From Fibrobacter succinogenes (GTDB lineage: Bacteria; Fibrobacterota; Fibrobacteria; Fibrobacterales; Fibrobacteraceae), in the NCBI GenBank assembly GCA_902761355.1, contig CACWJY010000010.1:21207-85206 (forward strand): a stretch of 64,000 nt of DNA, in the 5' to 3' direction. The notes beneath the pieces are model-generated. The model had not been told where the DNA came from. It saw only the letters and a list, made by a program, of their open reading frames with translations, and ran no database searches. This document shows positions 9,525 to 19,614 of the stretch, one piece after another; positions within the stretch are counted from its first letter, which is position 1, and each line of letters begins with the position of its first letter. Both the position numbers and the translations under genes were made by a program.

Positions 9525-11213
9525 ATGGATTTTCCGCTATACAATGATTTATATACTGATTTTAGGTCCAGATTACTTGGTCCCATTTTTTCAACGGACG
9601 AAATATTAGCCTCATTAGCAAGAAATATCGTACCCCTTGCCAAAAATCTAAACATCGGTTACATCAACTGCATCTATTACGCCCCCATCAGCCAATTTGC
9701 CCCTAACGGACTTTCCGGCCAGTTTACAGCCTACCATGATAAAGACCGGCTACCCAGCCCCCCTGCAACAACTGATTTTTCAGAAACCATGAGCACCGGG
9801 GAGCACGGTTCGTTCACATTCCAGGCCCACCCTGTCGATGGTCACACGTTCAGCCCCATCGAACGGCAAATGGTTCAAATCATCAGTTGGGACTTTTTTA
9901 TTCTCTCCGGGCGCGCCCGCCTCATGGGCAACACCCGTAAGGCCGCCATTACCGACCCAATGACCGGAGCCTACAACCAAAGCGGAATCTTTGCGTTCTG
10001 CCAGCATGTCCTAAAAGACAACATCAAAGACTACACGGCTATCTTTATAAACCTAAAGAATTTCAAGTACATCAACAAGAACTTGAACAGCCAAATGGGC
10101 GACCTCGCCCTCAAGATGTTTACTCGTCAAATGCTGCAGTTCCTTGACGAAAAGGAACTCGTTGCAAGATTGGGCGGAGACAACTTCTTTATCCTGGTCA
10201 AAAAGGTCCACCTAGATGACTTTATCGAGAAGTTTACCACTTGCGAACTCGTCATGAGCCAGGGTCCCAAGCCCATGAACATACGACTGCAAGCGCGCAT
10301 GGGCGTCTACCCCATCGAAGAAAAAACGATTATTAACGAAGCGCTGAACAACTCCGCTACGGCAATGAGCGCAGCCAAGGCCATCAAGACCCGCGATATC
10401 ATGTACTTTACTAAAGAAATGCTTGTAAAGTCCATGCATCAAAGAGAAATCTCTAGCGAATTCCATAACGCCATTCATAATAGAGAATTCATCGTATTCT
10501 ACCAACCCAAGGTCGACCTGCTCACCAAGCGCATCAACGGAGCCGAGGCTCTAGTCCGCTGGATCCGTCACAAGACAATCGTCCCGCCCATGGACTTTAT
10601 CCCCGTCTTGGAACGCGAAGGAACAATCTGTGACCTGGACTTTTACGTCTTTGAAACGGTCTGCATGGATATCCGCCAATGGCTAGACATGGGGATTGAG
10701 CCACAACGCATATCTACAAACTTCTCGAAGCTCCACCTTAAAAACAATGATTTTGCAGAGTCTATCCTGAATATCATAAAAAAATACGACATCAATAGCA
10801 AGCATATCGAAGTGGAACTAACGGAAGTCTCCGACTATGACGATAACCTCGCCATGCAGAACTTTATAAACACCATGTACGAAAACGGAATCGCCGTTTC
10901 GATTGACGATTTCGGTACAGGGTATTCGACCCTAAATGTTCTTAAAGATTTCAACATCACGACCATTAAATTGGATAAATCTCTCCTCAATAACATCGGC
11001 AATCCAAATTCTAAGGACGAGATTATTACCCGCAACGTGGTGAAAATGGCTAGCGAACTCAAAAAGGACATTATCGCCGAAGGTGTCGAAACCGAGGTTC
11101 AGGCCGAATACCTCAAGAGTATTCATTGCAACAGTGTGCAGGGGTTCCTATTTGATAGGCCTCTTGCACATGACGACTTCCAAAAGAAGCTCACCGAGAA
11201 TTTCGTTTATTAA
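9525..11213 (+). CDS. GGDEF-EAL domain protein (likely c-di-GMP phosphodiesterase)
   Basis: Degenerate ARLGGDNF; intact EAL, DDFGTGYS, EGVE and QGF motifs. Confidence 0.9.
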   Translation: MDFPLYNDLYTDFRSRLLGPIFSTDEILASLARNIVPLAKNLNIGYINCIYYAPISQFAPNGLSGQFTAYHDKDRLPSPPATTDFSETMSTGEHGSFTFQAHPVDGHTFSPIERQMVQIISWDFFILSGRARLMGNTRKAAITDPMTGAYNQSGIFAFCQHVLKDNIKDYTAIFINLKNFKYINKNLNSQMGDLALKMFTRQMLQFLDEKELVARLGGDNFFILVKKVHLDDFIEKFTTCELVMSQGPKPMNIRLQARMGVYPIEEKTIINEALNNSATAMSAAKAIKTRDIMYFTKEMLVKSMHQREISSEFHNAIHNREFIVFYQPKVDLLTKRINGAEALVRWIRHKTIVPPMDFIPVLEREGTICDLDFYVFETVCMDIRQWLDMGIEPQRISTNFSKLHLKNNDFAESILNIIKKYDINSKHIEVELTEVSDYDDNLAMQNFINTMYENGIAVSIDDFGTGYSTLNVLKDFNITTIKLDKSLLNNIGNPNSKDEIITRNVVKMASELKKDIIAEGVETEVQAEYLKSIHCNSVQGFLFDRPLAHDDFQKKLTENFVY

Positions 11214-11224
11214 TTCGGAATCAT

Positions 11225-11279
11225 GAGTTCGAAATTCGGAATTAGCATTTATCCTCCTAAGCTCCGAATTTCAAAACTC
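11225..11279. repeat. Imperfect inverted repeat built from TTCGGAA/TTCGAAA-like 7-mers
   Basis: gagttcgaaattcggaattag ... ctaagctccgaatttcaaaactc; a related stretch occurs at ~30128-30156. Confidence 0.6.
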
Positions 11280-11302
11280 CGTTTTTTCTATATTCTCCTT
11301 TA

Positions 11303-11494
11303 ATGAAACGACTCGTTCACGACAGAAAGATTTGCCTTGCCTGTGCAGGCTGTGTTGGTATATGCCCTAAAATGGCGCTCGACATGTACGGGCTAGACTT
11401 GCAGATTGACTCCGAAAAATGCATTAAATGCGGTATTTGCACCAAGGCGTGCCCCGTCGGTGCACTGAAAATAACGGAGGTGGACGATGCTTGA
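11303..11494 (+). CDS. 2x[4Fe-4S] ferredoxin
   Basis: CLACAGCVGICP and CIKCGICTKACP in 63 aa; overlaps the next gene. Confidence 0.92.
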   Translation: MKRLVHDRKICLACAGCVGICPKMALDMYGLDLQIDSEKCIKCGICTKACPVGALKITEVDDA

Positions 11495-12689
11495 TTCTAA
11501 CTATGATGTCGTGGTGATTGGTGCAGGGCCCGGCGGCTCCGTTGCCGCAAGGAACCTCGCACGGGCGGGGCACAAGGTACTGCTCCTCGAAAAGCGCGAA
11601 CGCATCGGCTTCCCGGTACGCTGCGGAGAAGCGAGTACGACGCTGGCCGACCTACAAACCTATGGTCCCATTGACGAAAGCTGCATCGAAAGCATTATCA
11701 ACGGACTTTATATTTACGGTCCCGCCGGCGTGAACATCGAAGTGCCCAAGCCTGGCACCGGCATCATGCTGAATCGAGAAATTTTTGACCCGTGGCTTGC
11801 AAAACTGGCAGCCGATGATGGCGCCCAGGTCGAAACCTGCGCTCGGGCCGAATTCGTGGGCGCGGTCGAAGGCGACAGGCGCATGGTCCGCGTCGTTCTC
11901 GGTAAAGGCGACGGGTGCGGCTCGGTAACCGAGACCTCCACACAAGAAATTTTTGCAAAGATGGTCATTGCTGCCGACGGCGTCGAGAGTCGCATCGGTC
12001 GCATGGTCGGACTCAAGAGCGAGCAAAGCCCACGCGAAACCTGCACGGGAGTCGACATTCAAGTGCAGGGACTTTTAACCAAGCCCGACTACCTCACCTT
12101 CTGGCAAGGCCACGACTTTATCAACGACGGTTACATCTGGAGTTTTCCGAAGCAAAAGTCCAACGTGACGAACTTCGGTGCAGGTTTCCTTGCAAACGGC
12201 AAGCATGCAGGCAATATTCTAGAAATCACCATGGAATGGCTTGAAAAGCTATTCCCCGGAGCAAAAATCAACCACACCGTCGGTGGATTGGTTCCCGTAT
12301 CAAGCACCCTTAAAGATTACACCCTCGACCGCTTCGCCCTGGTGGGCGATGCCGCCCACCACACCAACCCGCTCACGGGTGGTGGCATCGCAGCAGCAAT
12401 GCGGGCTGGCCGATTCTGCGCCGAGTACGTCGACCAAGGACTTAAGACGAGCAACCTTTCCAAATCGTTCTTAAAGCAGTACGAAAAACGCTGCTACGAT
12501 TACTTCGGCAAAACGCACGACTTTGAATACAAGTTCCGCAGATTTTTGCTCGCGATTAACCGCAACGACCAGATTGGACTTTACAAGGTTCTACAAGGCT
12601 TTGCCCTCAGCGGATACAAGAAGAGCGCCTTCTTAAAGACGCCCCTCCAAACGGCAAAATACCTATACAAGTTCTGGAAGTTTAAGTAG
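11487..12689 (+). CDS. Geranylgeranyl reductase family FAD-dependent oxidoreductase
   Basis: GAGPGG, PVRCGE, AADG, GYIWSFP and GDAAHHTNPLTGGGI motifs. Confidence 0.85.
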   Translation: MLDSNYDVVVIGAGPGGSVAARNLARAGHKVLLLEKRERIGFPVRCGEASTTLADLQTYGPIDESCIESIINGLYIYGPAGVNIEVPKPGTGIMLNREIFDPWLAKLAADDGAQVETCARAEFVGAVEGDRRMVRVVLGKGDGCGSVTETSTQEIFAKMVIAADGVESRIGRMVGLKSEQSPRETCTGVDIQVQGLLTKPDYLTFWQGHDFINDGYIWSFPKQKSNVTNFGAGFLANGKHAGNILEITMEWLEKLFPGAKINHTVGGLVPVSSTLKDYTLDRFALVGDAAHHTNPLTGGGIAAAMRAGRFCAEYVDQGLKTSNLSKSFLKQYEKRCYDYFGKTHDFEYKFRRFLLAINRNDQIGLYKVLQGFALSGYKKSAFLKTPLQTAKYLYKFWKFK

Positions 12690-12692
12690 GCA

Positions 12693-13418
12693 CTAAAATA
12701 ATTCATCCACTTTAGTCTTGGCAAGCACACGATTATAAATAATCCGCTTGCCTTTTTTGCCATCCGTAGCGCAGATATGATCTTTAGGCGGTCTCAGCAC
12801 AGAGGTCACCAGGTGCGCCGCCACGGTCTCCGCATGCACAGGACGTACATAAGCAGGAATCCATTCCGGATGAGCACCGATCGTCTTTTGCAACAGGTCT
12901 TCGCCAAAGCGTTTATCCTTATGCTTGCCTAAAAGTAACGAAGGGCGTACCAATGTCAGCGTTTCAAAGCCAATCATGTCTAGGCCTTCTTCGAGTTGTC
13001 CCTTCAACCGGTTATAGAAAAACGGCGAATGACTATCGGCCCCTTGAGCGCTCACGCACAAAAAATTTTTCACGTCAGCTTTCTTGGCGATAGCCGCCAA
13101 TGTAAGCGGAAGTCTTAAATCAATCTTTTCTTGAGCCGCCTTACTCCCGGCCTGTTTCAAGGTTGTTCCCAAGCAGCATATAACCGCGTCGCACCCGACA
13201 AATCCCGCATAAAGTGTTTCACGGCAGTCTCCGTTAGCTTGTTCAAAATCAACCTGTTTAAAGTCAATCTTAGTGGCACCTTCTAAAATTCCGAGATCCT
13301 TCAATTCGGGAACATGGCGGACCGGGCAAAAAACTCGCACCACCTGCGGGAGGCGTGCGAGCAATTTCAAAACATTCTTTCCAACAAGTCCTGTCGAACC
13401 TAAAAGGGCGACTTTCAT
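12693..13418 (-). CDS. NAD(P)-binding Rossmann oxidoreductase (YraR/TIP30-like)
   Basis: LLGSTGLVG, CCLGTT, FFYNRLKG and RPSLLLG motifs. Confidence 0.85.
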   Translation of the reverse strand: MKVALLGSTGLVGKNVLKLLARLPQVVRVFCPVRHVPELKDLGILEGATKIDFKQVDFEQANGDCRETLYAGFVGCDAVICCLGTTLKQAGSKAAQEKIDLRLPLTLAAIAKKADVKNFLCVSAQGADSHSPFFYNRLKGQLEEGLDMIGFETLTLVRPSLLLGKHKDKRFGEDLLQKTIGAHPEWIPAYVRPVHAETVAAHLVTSVLRPPKDHICATDGKKGKRIIYNRVLAKTKVDELF

Positions 13419-13428
13419 AAAAGAACTA

Positions 13429-14532
13429 CTACTGTTTCGCGTAGGTTTCTCTCGGATTCAACCAGCCCACATCGGTACCGCGTGCCGCCATGATTGTCAC
13501 AACGCCATTTGCATCCACCACAGCAGCCATGCCAGCCACATAGTTAATCCAGCGCTGTTCGTAAGACCTGAGATTAACCGTACGGTTCGAGGCATATACG
13601 GCTAGCGGATCAACCAAAAGGTCATGAGAAATAAGGATGTTCACTCGTTTCCAGTTAGGAAGATTCGCAAGAATCACTTCATTAATAAACTGATCTCCAC
13701 GTTCAAAAAAGGGATAGAAATAAGTTGCAATACCATGTTCAATCACATATTTGTTTGTAAACGGTTCATCATATGCCCATTCAGAAACATACTTGAGCGA
13801 ACCACCACGTTTAGACACAAGTTCATCCAAGGTATCCGTCGGAACAGTCAAGAAATAACCGCCATCAATACCACTCCAGGTGACCACTTCGGCTGTCTCG
13901 CCACGACCTTCAGCTATTTTTTCGGCCGTAGTACGGGTACGTATGAAATCAGTCGATGTGTAATAAAAAGATTCATCACCACCAATAAGTTTCTTACCCG
14001 CATCAAGAGCCTGCTGCACACCGACTTCAGTCAGCGGAGATTCTTTGCCAAGACCAGATTCACGTTCAGCATGGCGAAGCACAAAGACAATCTTGCTTTC
14101 GGCAGGGACAGCCTTATAAATATCGGCGATATCATAGAATCCATCTGTATCGGGAAGCAAGCCCGGAATAGCCGTAGCCACGTCGCGATTAATGACAAAT
14201 TCCGTCGGATCTACAACTGCAGGCGAATCCGCAGGAACATTAGGGTTGAGCTGATTAGGATCCGTAGCCGAAGAACCGGGAACAGGGTCTTCGGGATTCT
14301 GTGACTGACACTGCGGAAGTGCAGGGTTTGCAATGCATTCATCTACAGGAGCCGATGCAGAAGATTCTGGAGTCAAAGGGTCTGTCACCGCCGAAGACAC
14401 GGGAACCGAATTGACCGGAGCTGTCGGCGTAGAATTTGAAGACTCGTCGCCGCAACCAGCGATAACCACCGTAATGAAGGCAGCGCATATCATGGGGAAA
14501 GCATGCTGAGCCATAAACTTTTTCATGTTCAT
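13429..14532 (-). CDS. Histidine-phosphatase family lipoprotein
   Basis: Lipobox IAGC, Ser/Pro-rich linker, VLRHAER and LISHD. Start placed at MNMKKF behind a GAGG SD. Confidence 0.8.
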   Translation of the reverse strand: MNMKKFMAQHAFPMICAAFITVVIAGCGDESSNSTPTAPVNSVPVSSAVTDPLTPESSASAPVDECIANPALPQCQSQNPEDPVPGSSATDPNQLNPNVPADSPAVVDPTEFVINRDVATAIPGLLPDTDGFYDIADIYKAVPAESKIVFVLRHAERESGLGKESPLTEVGVQQALDAGKKLIGGDESFYYTSTDFIRTRTTAEKIAEGRGETAEVVTWSGIDGGYFLTVPTDTLDELVSKRGGSLKYVSEWAYDEPFTNKYVIEHGIATYFYPFFERGDQFINEVILANLPNWKRVNILISHDLLVDPLAVYASNRTVNLRSYEQRWINYVAGMAAVVDANGVVTIMAARGTDVGWLNPRETYAKQ

Positions 14533-14650
14533 AGGAGTTTCCTCTGTATCATTATTCATTCCCTAATTTAACTTTTTCTTTTGCCACACCCCGTAAAAAT
14601 TTCTAAACTTACAACGAAAATTTTTAACCCTAAACCCATAGGACCCTCTT

Positions 14651-17125
14651 ATGGCAAAAACATTCAAAAAAGCAGAAGAAGTGACCGTGCTCGGCAACGA
14701 CGCGGAATCATTCCGCAAAGCCTTTACCGACCATATTCATCATACTCTCGCCCGTAACAGCGCGACCGTGACCGACCACGAAAAGTTCCTTGCCGTGGCC
14801 TACGCCGTACGTGACCGCCTGGTTGACCGCTGGATCAAGACGCAGGAAACCTACTACCAGAAAGATGTCAAGCGCGTCTACTATTTGTCCCTCGAATTTT
14901 TGATTGGCCGTACCCTCGGCAACTCCGTTCTGAACCTCGACGTCGAAAGCGCCGTGACCGAAGCTCTTGACGAACTCGGCATGACCCTCGAAGAACTCCG
15001 CGAACAGGAAGTCGATGCCGGTCTCGGCAACGGTGGTCTCGGCCGCCTCGCCGCCTGCTTCCTCGACTCCATGGCTACGCTCGAACTCCCGGCCACCGGT
15101 ATGGGCATCCGCTACGAATACGGTATGTTCAGCCAGAAGATCGTGAACGGCGAACAAGAAGAACAGCCGGATAACTGGCTGCGTCTCACCAACCCGTGGG
15201 AAATCGCCCGTCCTTCGAACGAAGTCAAGGTTCCGATGTATGGCTACGTGGTCAGCTGGATGGACGAAAAGGGCAGACTCCGCAACCGTTGGGAAACCAA
15301 GGACTACGTGCTCGCTCTCCCCTACGACACTCCGATTCCGGGTTACAAGAACAACACCGTGAACAACTTGCGCCTCTGGAGCGCGAAGTCCACTGACGAC
15401 TTCGGCCTCAGCTACTTCAACAACGGTGACTACATCGCCGCTGTGCAGGATATGGAACTTTCCGAAACCATTTCCAAGGTGCTCTACCCGAACGACGCTT
15501 CTATGAACGGTAAGGAACTGCGCCTCAAGCAGCAGTACTTCCTCTGCTCTGCATCTCTGCAGGACATCATCCGCCGCTTCAAGAAGCTTCATGAAGGCGA
15601 ATGGAAGGTGTTCCCCGAAAAGGTCGCCATCCAGTTGAACGACACGCACCCGGCAATCTCTATCGCCGAAATGATGCGCATTCTCCTCGACGAAGAAAAC
15701 CTGGAATGGGACGAAGCTTGGGAAATCGTGACGCACACGTTTGCCTACACGAACCACACCTTGATGCCCGAAGCTCTTGAAAAGTGGCCGGTCAGCCTCT
15801 TCGAAAAGCTGTTGCCGCGTCATCTCCAGATTATTTACGAAATCAACGCTCGCTTCCTCCGTCAGGTGTCCCTCAAGTGGCCCGGCGACAACGCACGCCT
15901 CGCCCGCATGAGCCTCATCGAAGAAGGCGGCTGCAAGATGGTCCGCATGGCTTACCTCTCCATCGTGGGTTCGTTCGCCGTGAACGGTGTGGCTGCACTC
16001 CACTCCGACCTCCTGAAGACCACGCTCTTCAAGGACTTCTACGAACTGTGGCCTGAAAAGTTCAACAACAAGACGAACGGCGTGACGCCGCGTCGCTGGG
16101 TCCGCAAGGCTAACCCGGCTATGTCCGAACTCATCAGCTCCAAGATCGGCGAAGGCTGGGTCAAGGACCTCGACGAACTCAAGAAGCTCGAAAAGTTTGC
16201 AAAGGACGCCAAGTTCCAGAAGGACTTCATGGCCGTCAAGAAGCAGAACAAGGAACGCCTCGCCAAGTACCTCAAGGCAACGCAAGGCGTGGATGTCGAC
16301 GTGAACACGTTCTTCGACGTGCAGGTCAAGCGTATCCACGAATACAAGCGCCAGCTCCTGAACATTCTGCACGCCATTCACCTGTACATCCAGCTGAAGG
16401 ACGGCAAGGAAATCATGCCGCGTACCATCATGATCGGTGGTAAGTCCGCTCCGGGTTACTGGATGGCCAAGCAGATTATCCGTCTTGCCAACGCCGTGGC
16501 CGCCATCATCGATGCCGATCCGGTTTGCAAGGGCAAGCTCAAGATGGTGTTCCTCGAGAACTACCGCGTGTCTTTCGCCGAAAAGATCATTCCGGCCGCA
16601 GACCTCTCCGAACAGATTTCGACCGCAGGCACCGAAGCCTCTGGTACCGGTAACATGAAGTTCGCCCTCAACGGCGCACTCACCATCGGTACGCTTGACG
16701 GCGCTAACGTCGAAATGAAGGAAGAAGTCGGTGACGAAAACATCTTCATCTTCGGTCTCACCGTGGAAGAAGTCACCGACCTGCTCGCCAAGGGCTACCG
16801 TCCGCGCGACTTCTACGAACACGACGACGATCTGCGCCGCGTGATCGACCTGATCGCTTCTGGCTTCTTCAGCCCGGATCGTCCGGACCTGTTCAAGCAC
16901 ATTGCCGACAAGCTCCTCACCAACGACAACTACCTGCTCTGCGCAGACTTCCGCAGCTACGTGGACATGCAGAAGAGAGTCGCCGAGGAATACCAGGACA
17001 AGAAGACCTGGGCAGAAAAGGCAATCCTCAACGTCGCTCGCATGGGCAAGTTCAGCTCCGACCGTACTATCAAGCAGTACGCCGAAGAAATCTGGAACGC
17101 CAAGGGCTGCAGCATCAAGCTGTAA
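14651..17125 (+). CDS. glgP: Glycogen/maltodextrin phosphorylase
   Basis: GLGNGGLGRLAACF, QLNDTHP, KRIHEYKRQ and EASGTGNMK motifs. Confidence 0.97.
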   Translation: MAKTFKKAEEVTVLGNDAESFRKAFTDHIHHTLARNSATVTDHEKFLAVAYAVRDRLVDRWIKTQETYYQKDVKRVYYLSLEFLIGRTLGNSVLNLDVESAVTEALDELGMTLEELREQEVDAGLGNGGLGRLAACFLDSMATLELPATGMGIRYEYGMFSQKIVNGEQEEQPDNWLRLTNPWEIARPSNEVKVPMYGYVVSWMDEKGRLRNRWETKDYVLALPYDTPIPGYKNNTVNNLRLWSAKSTDDFGLSYFNNGDYIAAVQDMELSETISKVLYPNDASMNGKELRLKQQYFLCSASLQDIIRRFKKLHEGEWKVFPEKVAIQLNDTHPAISIAEMMRILLDEENLEWDEAWEIVTHTFAYTNHTLMPEALEKWPVSLFEKLLPRHLQIIYEINARFLRQVSLKWPGDNARLARMSLIEEGGCKMVRMAYLSIVGSFAVNGVAALHSDLLKTTLFKDFYELWPEKFNNKTNGVTPRRWVRKANPAMSELISSKIGEGWVKDLDELKKLEKFAKDAKFQKDFMAVKKQNKERLAKYLKATQGVDVDVNTFFDVQVKRIHEYKRQLLNILHAIHLYIQLKDGKEIMPRTIMIGGKSAPGYWMAKQIIRLANAVAAIIDADPVCKGKLKMVFLENYRVSFAEKIIPAADLSEQISTAGTEASGTGNMKFALNGALTIGTLDGANVEMKEEVGDENIFIFGLTVEEVTDLLAKGYRPRDFYEHDDDLRRVIDLIASGFFSPDRPDLFKHIADKLLTNDNYLLCADFRSYVDMQKRVAEEYQDKKTWAEKAILNVARMGKFSSDRTIKQYAEEIWNAKGCSIKL

Positions 17126-17147
17126 TCCTCACGCTCACAAAGCATTC

Positions 17148-17178
17148 AAAAGTCCGCGAGCAATCGCGGGCTTTTTTT
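17148..17178 (+). terminator. Rho-independent terminator after glgP
   Basis: agtccgcga-gcaa-tcgcgggct followed by a T run. Confidence 0.85.
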
Positions 17179-17213
17179 GACCGCTCGGCATACGTATTGT
17201 CTATATTTGGGTC

Positions 17214-17714
17214 ATGGAAATCAAGAAGACGAATGCGGCAAGAATTTTGGACCGCCAGAAAATTTCTTACGAGCTCATCCCCTACAAGGTTGACGAAAAC
17301 GACCTGGGCGCGCAGCATGTTGCCGACAGCCTCGGCGAAGACATCAATCAGGTATTTAAGACGATTCTTGTACACGGCGACAAGATTGGCTACCTGATTT
17401 GCGTGGTGCCGGGAAATCTAGAAGTGGATTTGAAAGGGGCCGCCAAGGTCAGTGGCAACAAGAAGATCGATACCGTTCCGCTTAAAGACTTGACGCCACT
17501 TACCGGCTACATTCGCGGCGGTTGCAGTCCGCTCGGTCTCAAGAAGAACTTCCCGATTTTCATTCACGAAACAGCGATGCAGTTCCCCTACATTTACGTG
17601 AGTGCAGGCGAACGCGGCTTACAGCTAAAAGTCGCTCCCACTGATTTAGTGAAAGCGACACGAGCAACGGTGGGCGTTATCGCGAGAATTCCTCCCGAAG
17701 CACCCGAAGATTGA
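17214..17714 (+). CDS. ybaK: Cys-tRNA(Pro) deacylase
   Basis: KTNAARILD, VFKTI, TGYIRGGCSPLG and SAGERG motifs. Confidence 0.92.
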   Translation: MEIKKTNAARILDRQKISYELIPYKVDENDLGAQHVADSLGEDINQVFKTILVHGDKIGYLICVVPGNLEVDLKGAAKVSGNKKIDTVPLKDLTPLTGYIRGGCSPLGLKKNFPIFIHETAMQFPYIYVSAGERGLQLKVAPTDLVKATRATVGVIARIPPEAPED

Positions 17715-17729
17715 TGAATTCACCCCTCC

Positions 17730-18674
17730 TTAAGCGGGGCTGCCATTCTTTAACAAGTTATCGAAATAGACGATAGTCTTTTCCAATCCCTGACGCAGGG
17801 GAATCGTCGGTTCCCAGCCAAGGGCGGATTTTGCAAGGTCAATATTCGGGCGACGCATCTTGGGATCGTCTCCCGGGAGCGGCTTGTACACAATTTTGCT
17901 CTTGGAACTCGTGAGTTCAAGCACTTCTTTCGCAAGTTCAAGCATCGTGAATTCGCCGGGGTTTCCAATATTGACGGGTCCAATAATCTTGTCCTGGTCC
18001 ATCATGCGAATAAAGCCTTCGATGAGGTCGTCCACGTAGCAGAAACTGCGGGTCTGGCTGCCGTCACCGTAAATGGTGATGTTTTCGCCCTTGAGCGCCT
18101 GCACAATAAAGTTGCTCACCACGCGACCATCGTTCATGAGCATACGCGGTCCGTAGGTGTTAAAAATTCGCACGATGCGGATATCCACATTGTTCTGGCG
18201 ATGGTAATCCATGAACAGGGTTTCGGCGACGCGTTTGCCTTCGTCATAGCAGCTGCGAATGCCAATCGGGTTCACGTTTCCCCAATAGTCTTCAGTCTGC
18301 GGGTGCACCGCCGGGTCGCCATAGACTTCACTCGTAGAGGCCTGCAAGATGCGGGCCTTGACGCGCTTTGCCATACCGAGCATATTGATGGCACCCATCA
18401 CGCTCGTCTTGATGGTCTTTACCGGATTGAACTGGTAATGGATGGGGCTTGCAGGACATGCAAGGTTAAAGATGCGGTCCACTTCCAAAAGGATCGGTTC
18501 AGTCACGTCGTGGCGAATCAGTTCAAAGCGATGATTGTCACGCAAATGGTCGACATTCATCAAGCGTCCCGTGAAGTAGTTATCAAGGCAAATGACTTCG
18601 TGACCGTCGTTCAGCAGACGTTCACACAAGTGACTCCCTAAAAATCCAGCCCCACCAGTAACTAAACAGCGCAT
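17730..18674 (-). CDS. uxs: UDP-glucuronate decarboxylase (UDP-xylose synthase)
   Basis: [33 protein letters not shown] and NDGRVVSNF motifs. Start at ATG 18674 behind GGAG. Confidence 0.92.
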   Translation of the reverse strand: MRCLVTGGAGFLGSHLCERLLNDGHEVICLDNYFTGRLMNVDHLRDNHRFELIRHDVTEPILLEVDRIFNLACPASPIHYQFNPVKTIKTSVMGAINMLGMAKRVKARILQASTSEVYGDPAVHPQTEDYWGNVNPIGIRSCYDEGKRVAETLFMDYHRQNNVDIRIVRIFNTYGPRMLMNDGRVVSNFIVQALKGENITIYGDGSQTRSFCYVDDLIEGFIRMMDQDKIIGPVNIGNPGEFTMLELAKEVLELTSSKSKIVYKPLPGDDPKMRRPNIDLAKSALGWEPTIPLRQGLEKTIVYFDNLLKNGSPA

Positions 18675-18704
18675 ATTAAGCTCCAATTATCTACCTAAGA
18701 AAAC

Positions 18705-19544
18705 TTATTCTTCTTCTGAATCCCGCGACTCTTCGGCGTAGGAGGTCGTCGCAGTTCCATTTAAGGCCACCAGACGAATTCCGCGCAGAGTCAAGAACGG
18801 ATCGTATTTGTCAATCAGGGATGTTCTGCGAGCAATGGTTTTTCCCCAACCACCTGTTGCATAAACAGGCATATCGTCGCAACCCATTTCCTTTTTGATT
18901 TTCCCAATCAAAAACTCCAACTGAGCAAGAAAACCGTACAGAAGACCCGCACGAATGGCGTCATCCGTATTGTCAGCCACCACAGCCTCAGGCCACTCAA
19001 TAGTCACGGGCAAAAGGCGAGCAGCCTTTTCCGTCAAGGCATCCAAGCTTGCGTTAATGCCGGGAATAATCACACCACCCGCAAAGGCGCCATCCTTCAT
19101 GACATCGAAAGTGGTCGCAGTTCCCATATCCACGACAATCGCATTCTTAAAACCAGCCTCTCGCATGGCTACTACATTGCACAAACGGTCGGCACCCGCC
19201 ATAGATGGGTTCTGGTAATTGATTTGCAAACCCATGCAGTTCTTAGAATTCACCACCTGCACACGCTTTTTAAGTAGGGAATCCAGAGCCTTGATCCAAG
19301 GGCGTTCCAAAGCGGGCACCACTGTAGAAAGACCTACATGGGTAATCTCTTCAGACTTGATCTTGGAGAACCTCAATAGGCCGCCCACCTTATTCATCAC
19401 TTCGTCAGAGGTGGTTTCTTTGCGGGTGGTCAGACGCCAATAATCTACCACCTTGGTATCCTTAAAAATACCTATCACCGTATGGGAGTTACCCACATCG
19501 ACCACAAAAGAAATCGTATTCACCTTATCAACCGTCATTTTCAT
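18705..19544 (-). CDS. coaX: Type III pantothenate kinase
   Basis: VDVGNS, GADR, VDMGTATT, GGVIIPG and ATGG motifs. Confidence 0.94.
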   Translation of the reverse strand: MKMTVDKVNTISFVVDVGNSHTVIGIFKDTKVVDYWRLTTRKETTSDEVMNKVGGLLRFSKIKSEEITHVGLSTVVPALERPWIKALDSLLKKRVQVVNSKNCMGLQINYQNPSMAGADRLCNVVAMREAGFKNAIVVDMGTATTFDVMKDGAFAGGVIIPGINASLDALTEKAARLLPVTIEWPEAVVADNTDDAIRAGLLYGFLAQLEFLIGKIKKEMGCDDMPVYATGGWGKTIARRTSLIDKYDPFLTLRGIRLVALNGTATTSYAEESRDSEEE

Positions 19545-19614
19545 CTACAAAATAGTCTTTTGCTTAAAAGATATAAATTTTTGGCAAATCCTGCGGATTT
19601 CTATATATGTATAC

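Noticed and set aside
14708-16900. 730-aa antisense ORF over glgP, and similar long antisense ORFs over nuo, hom, yfhO-like, purT and sigma genes
   Set aside because: These are shadow frames caused by codon bias of the real genes; they show no motifs or initiation signals.
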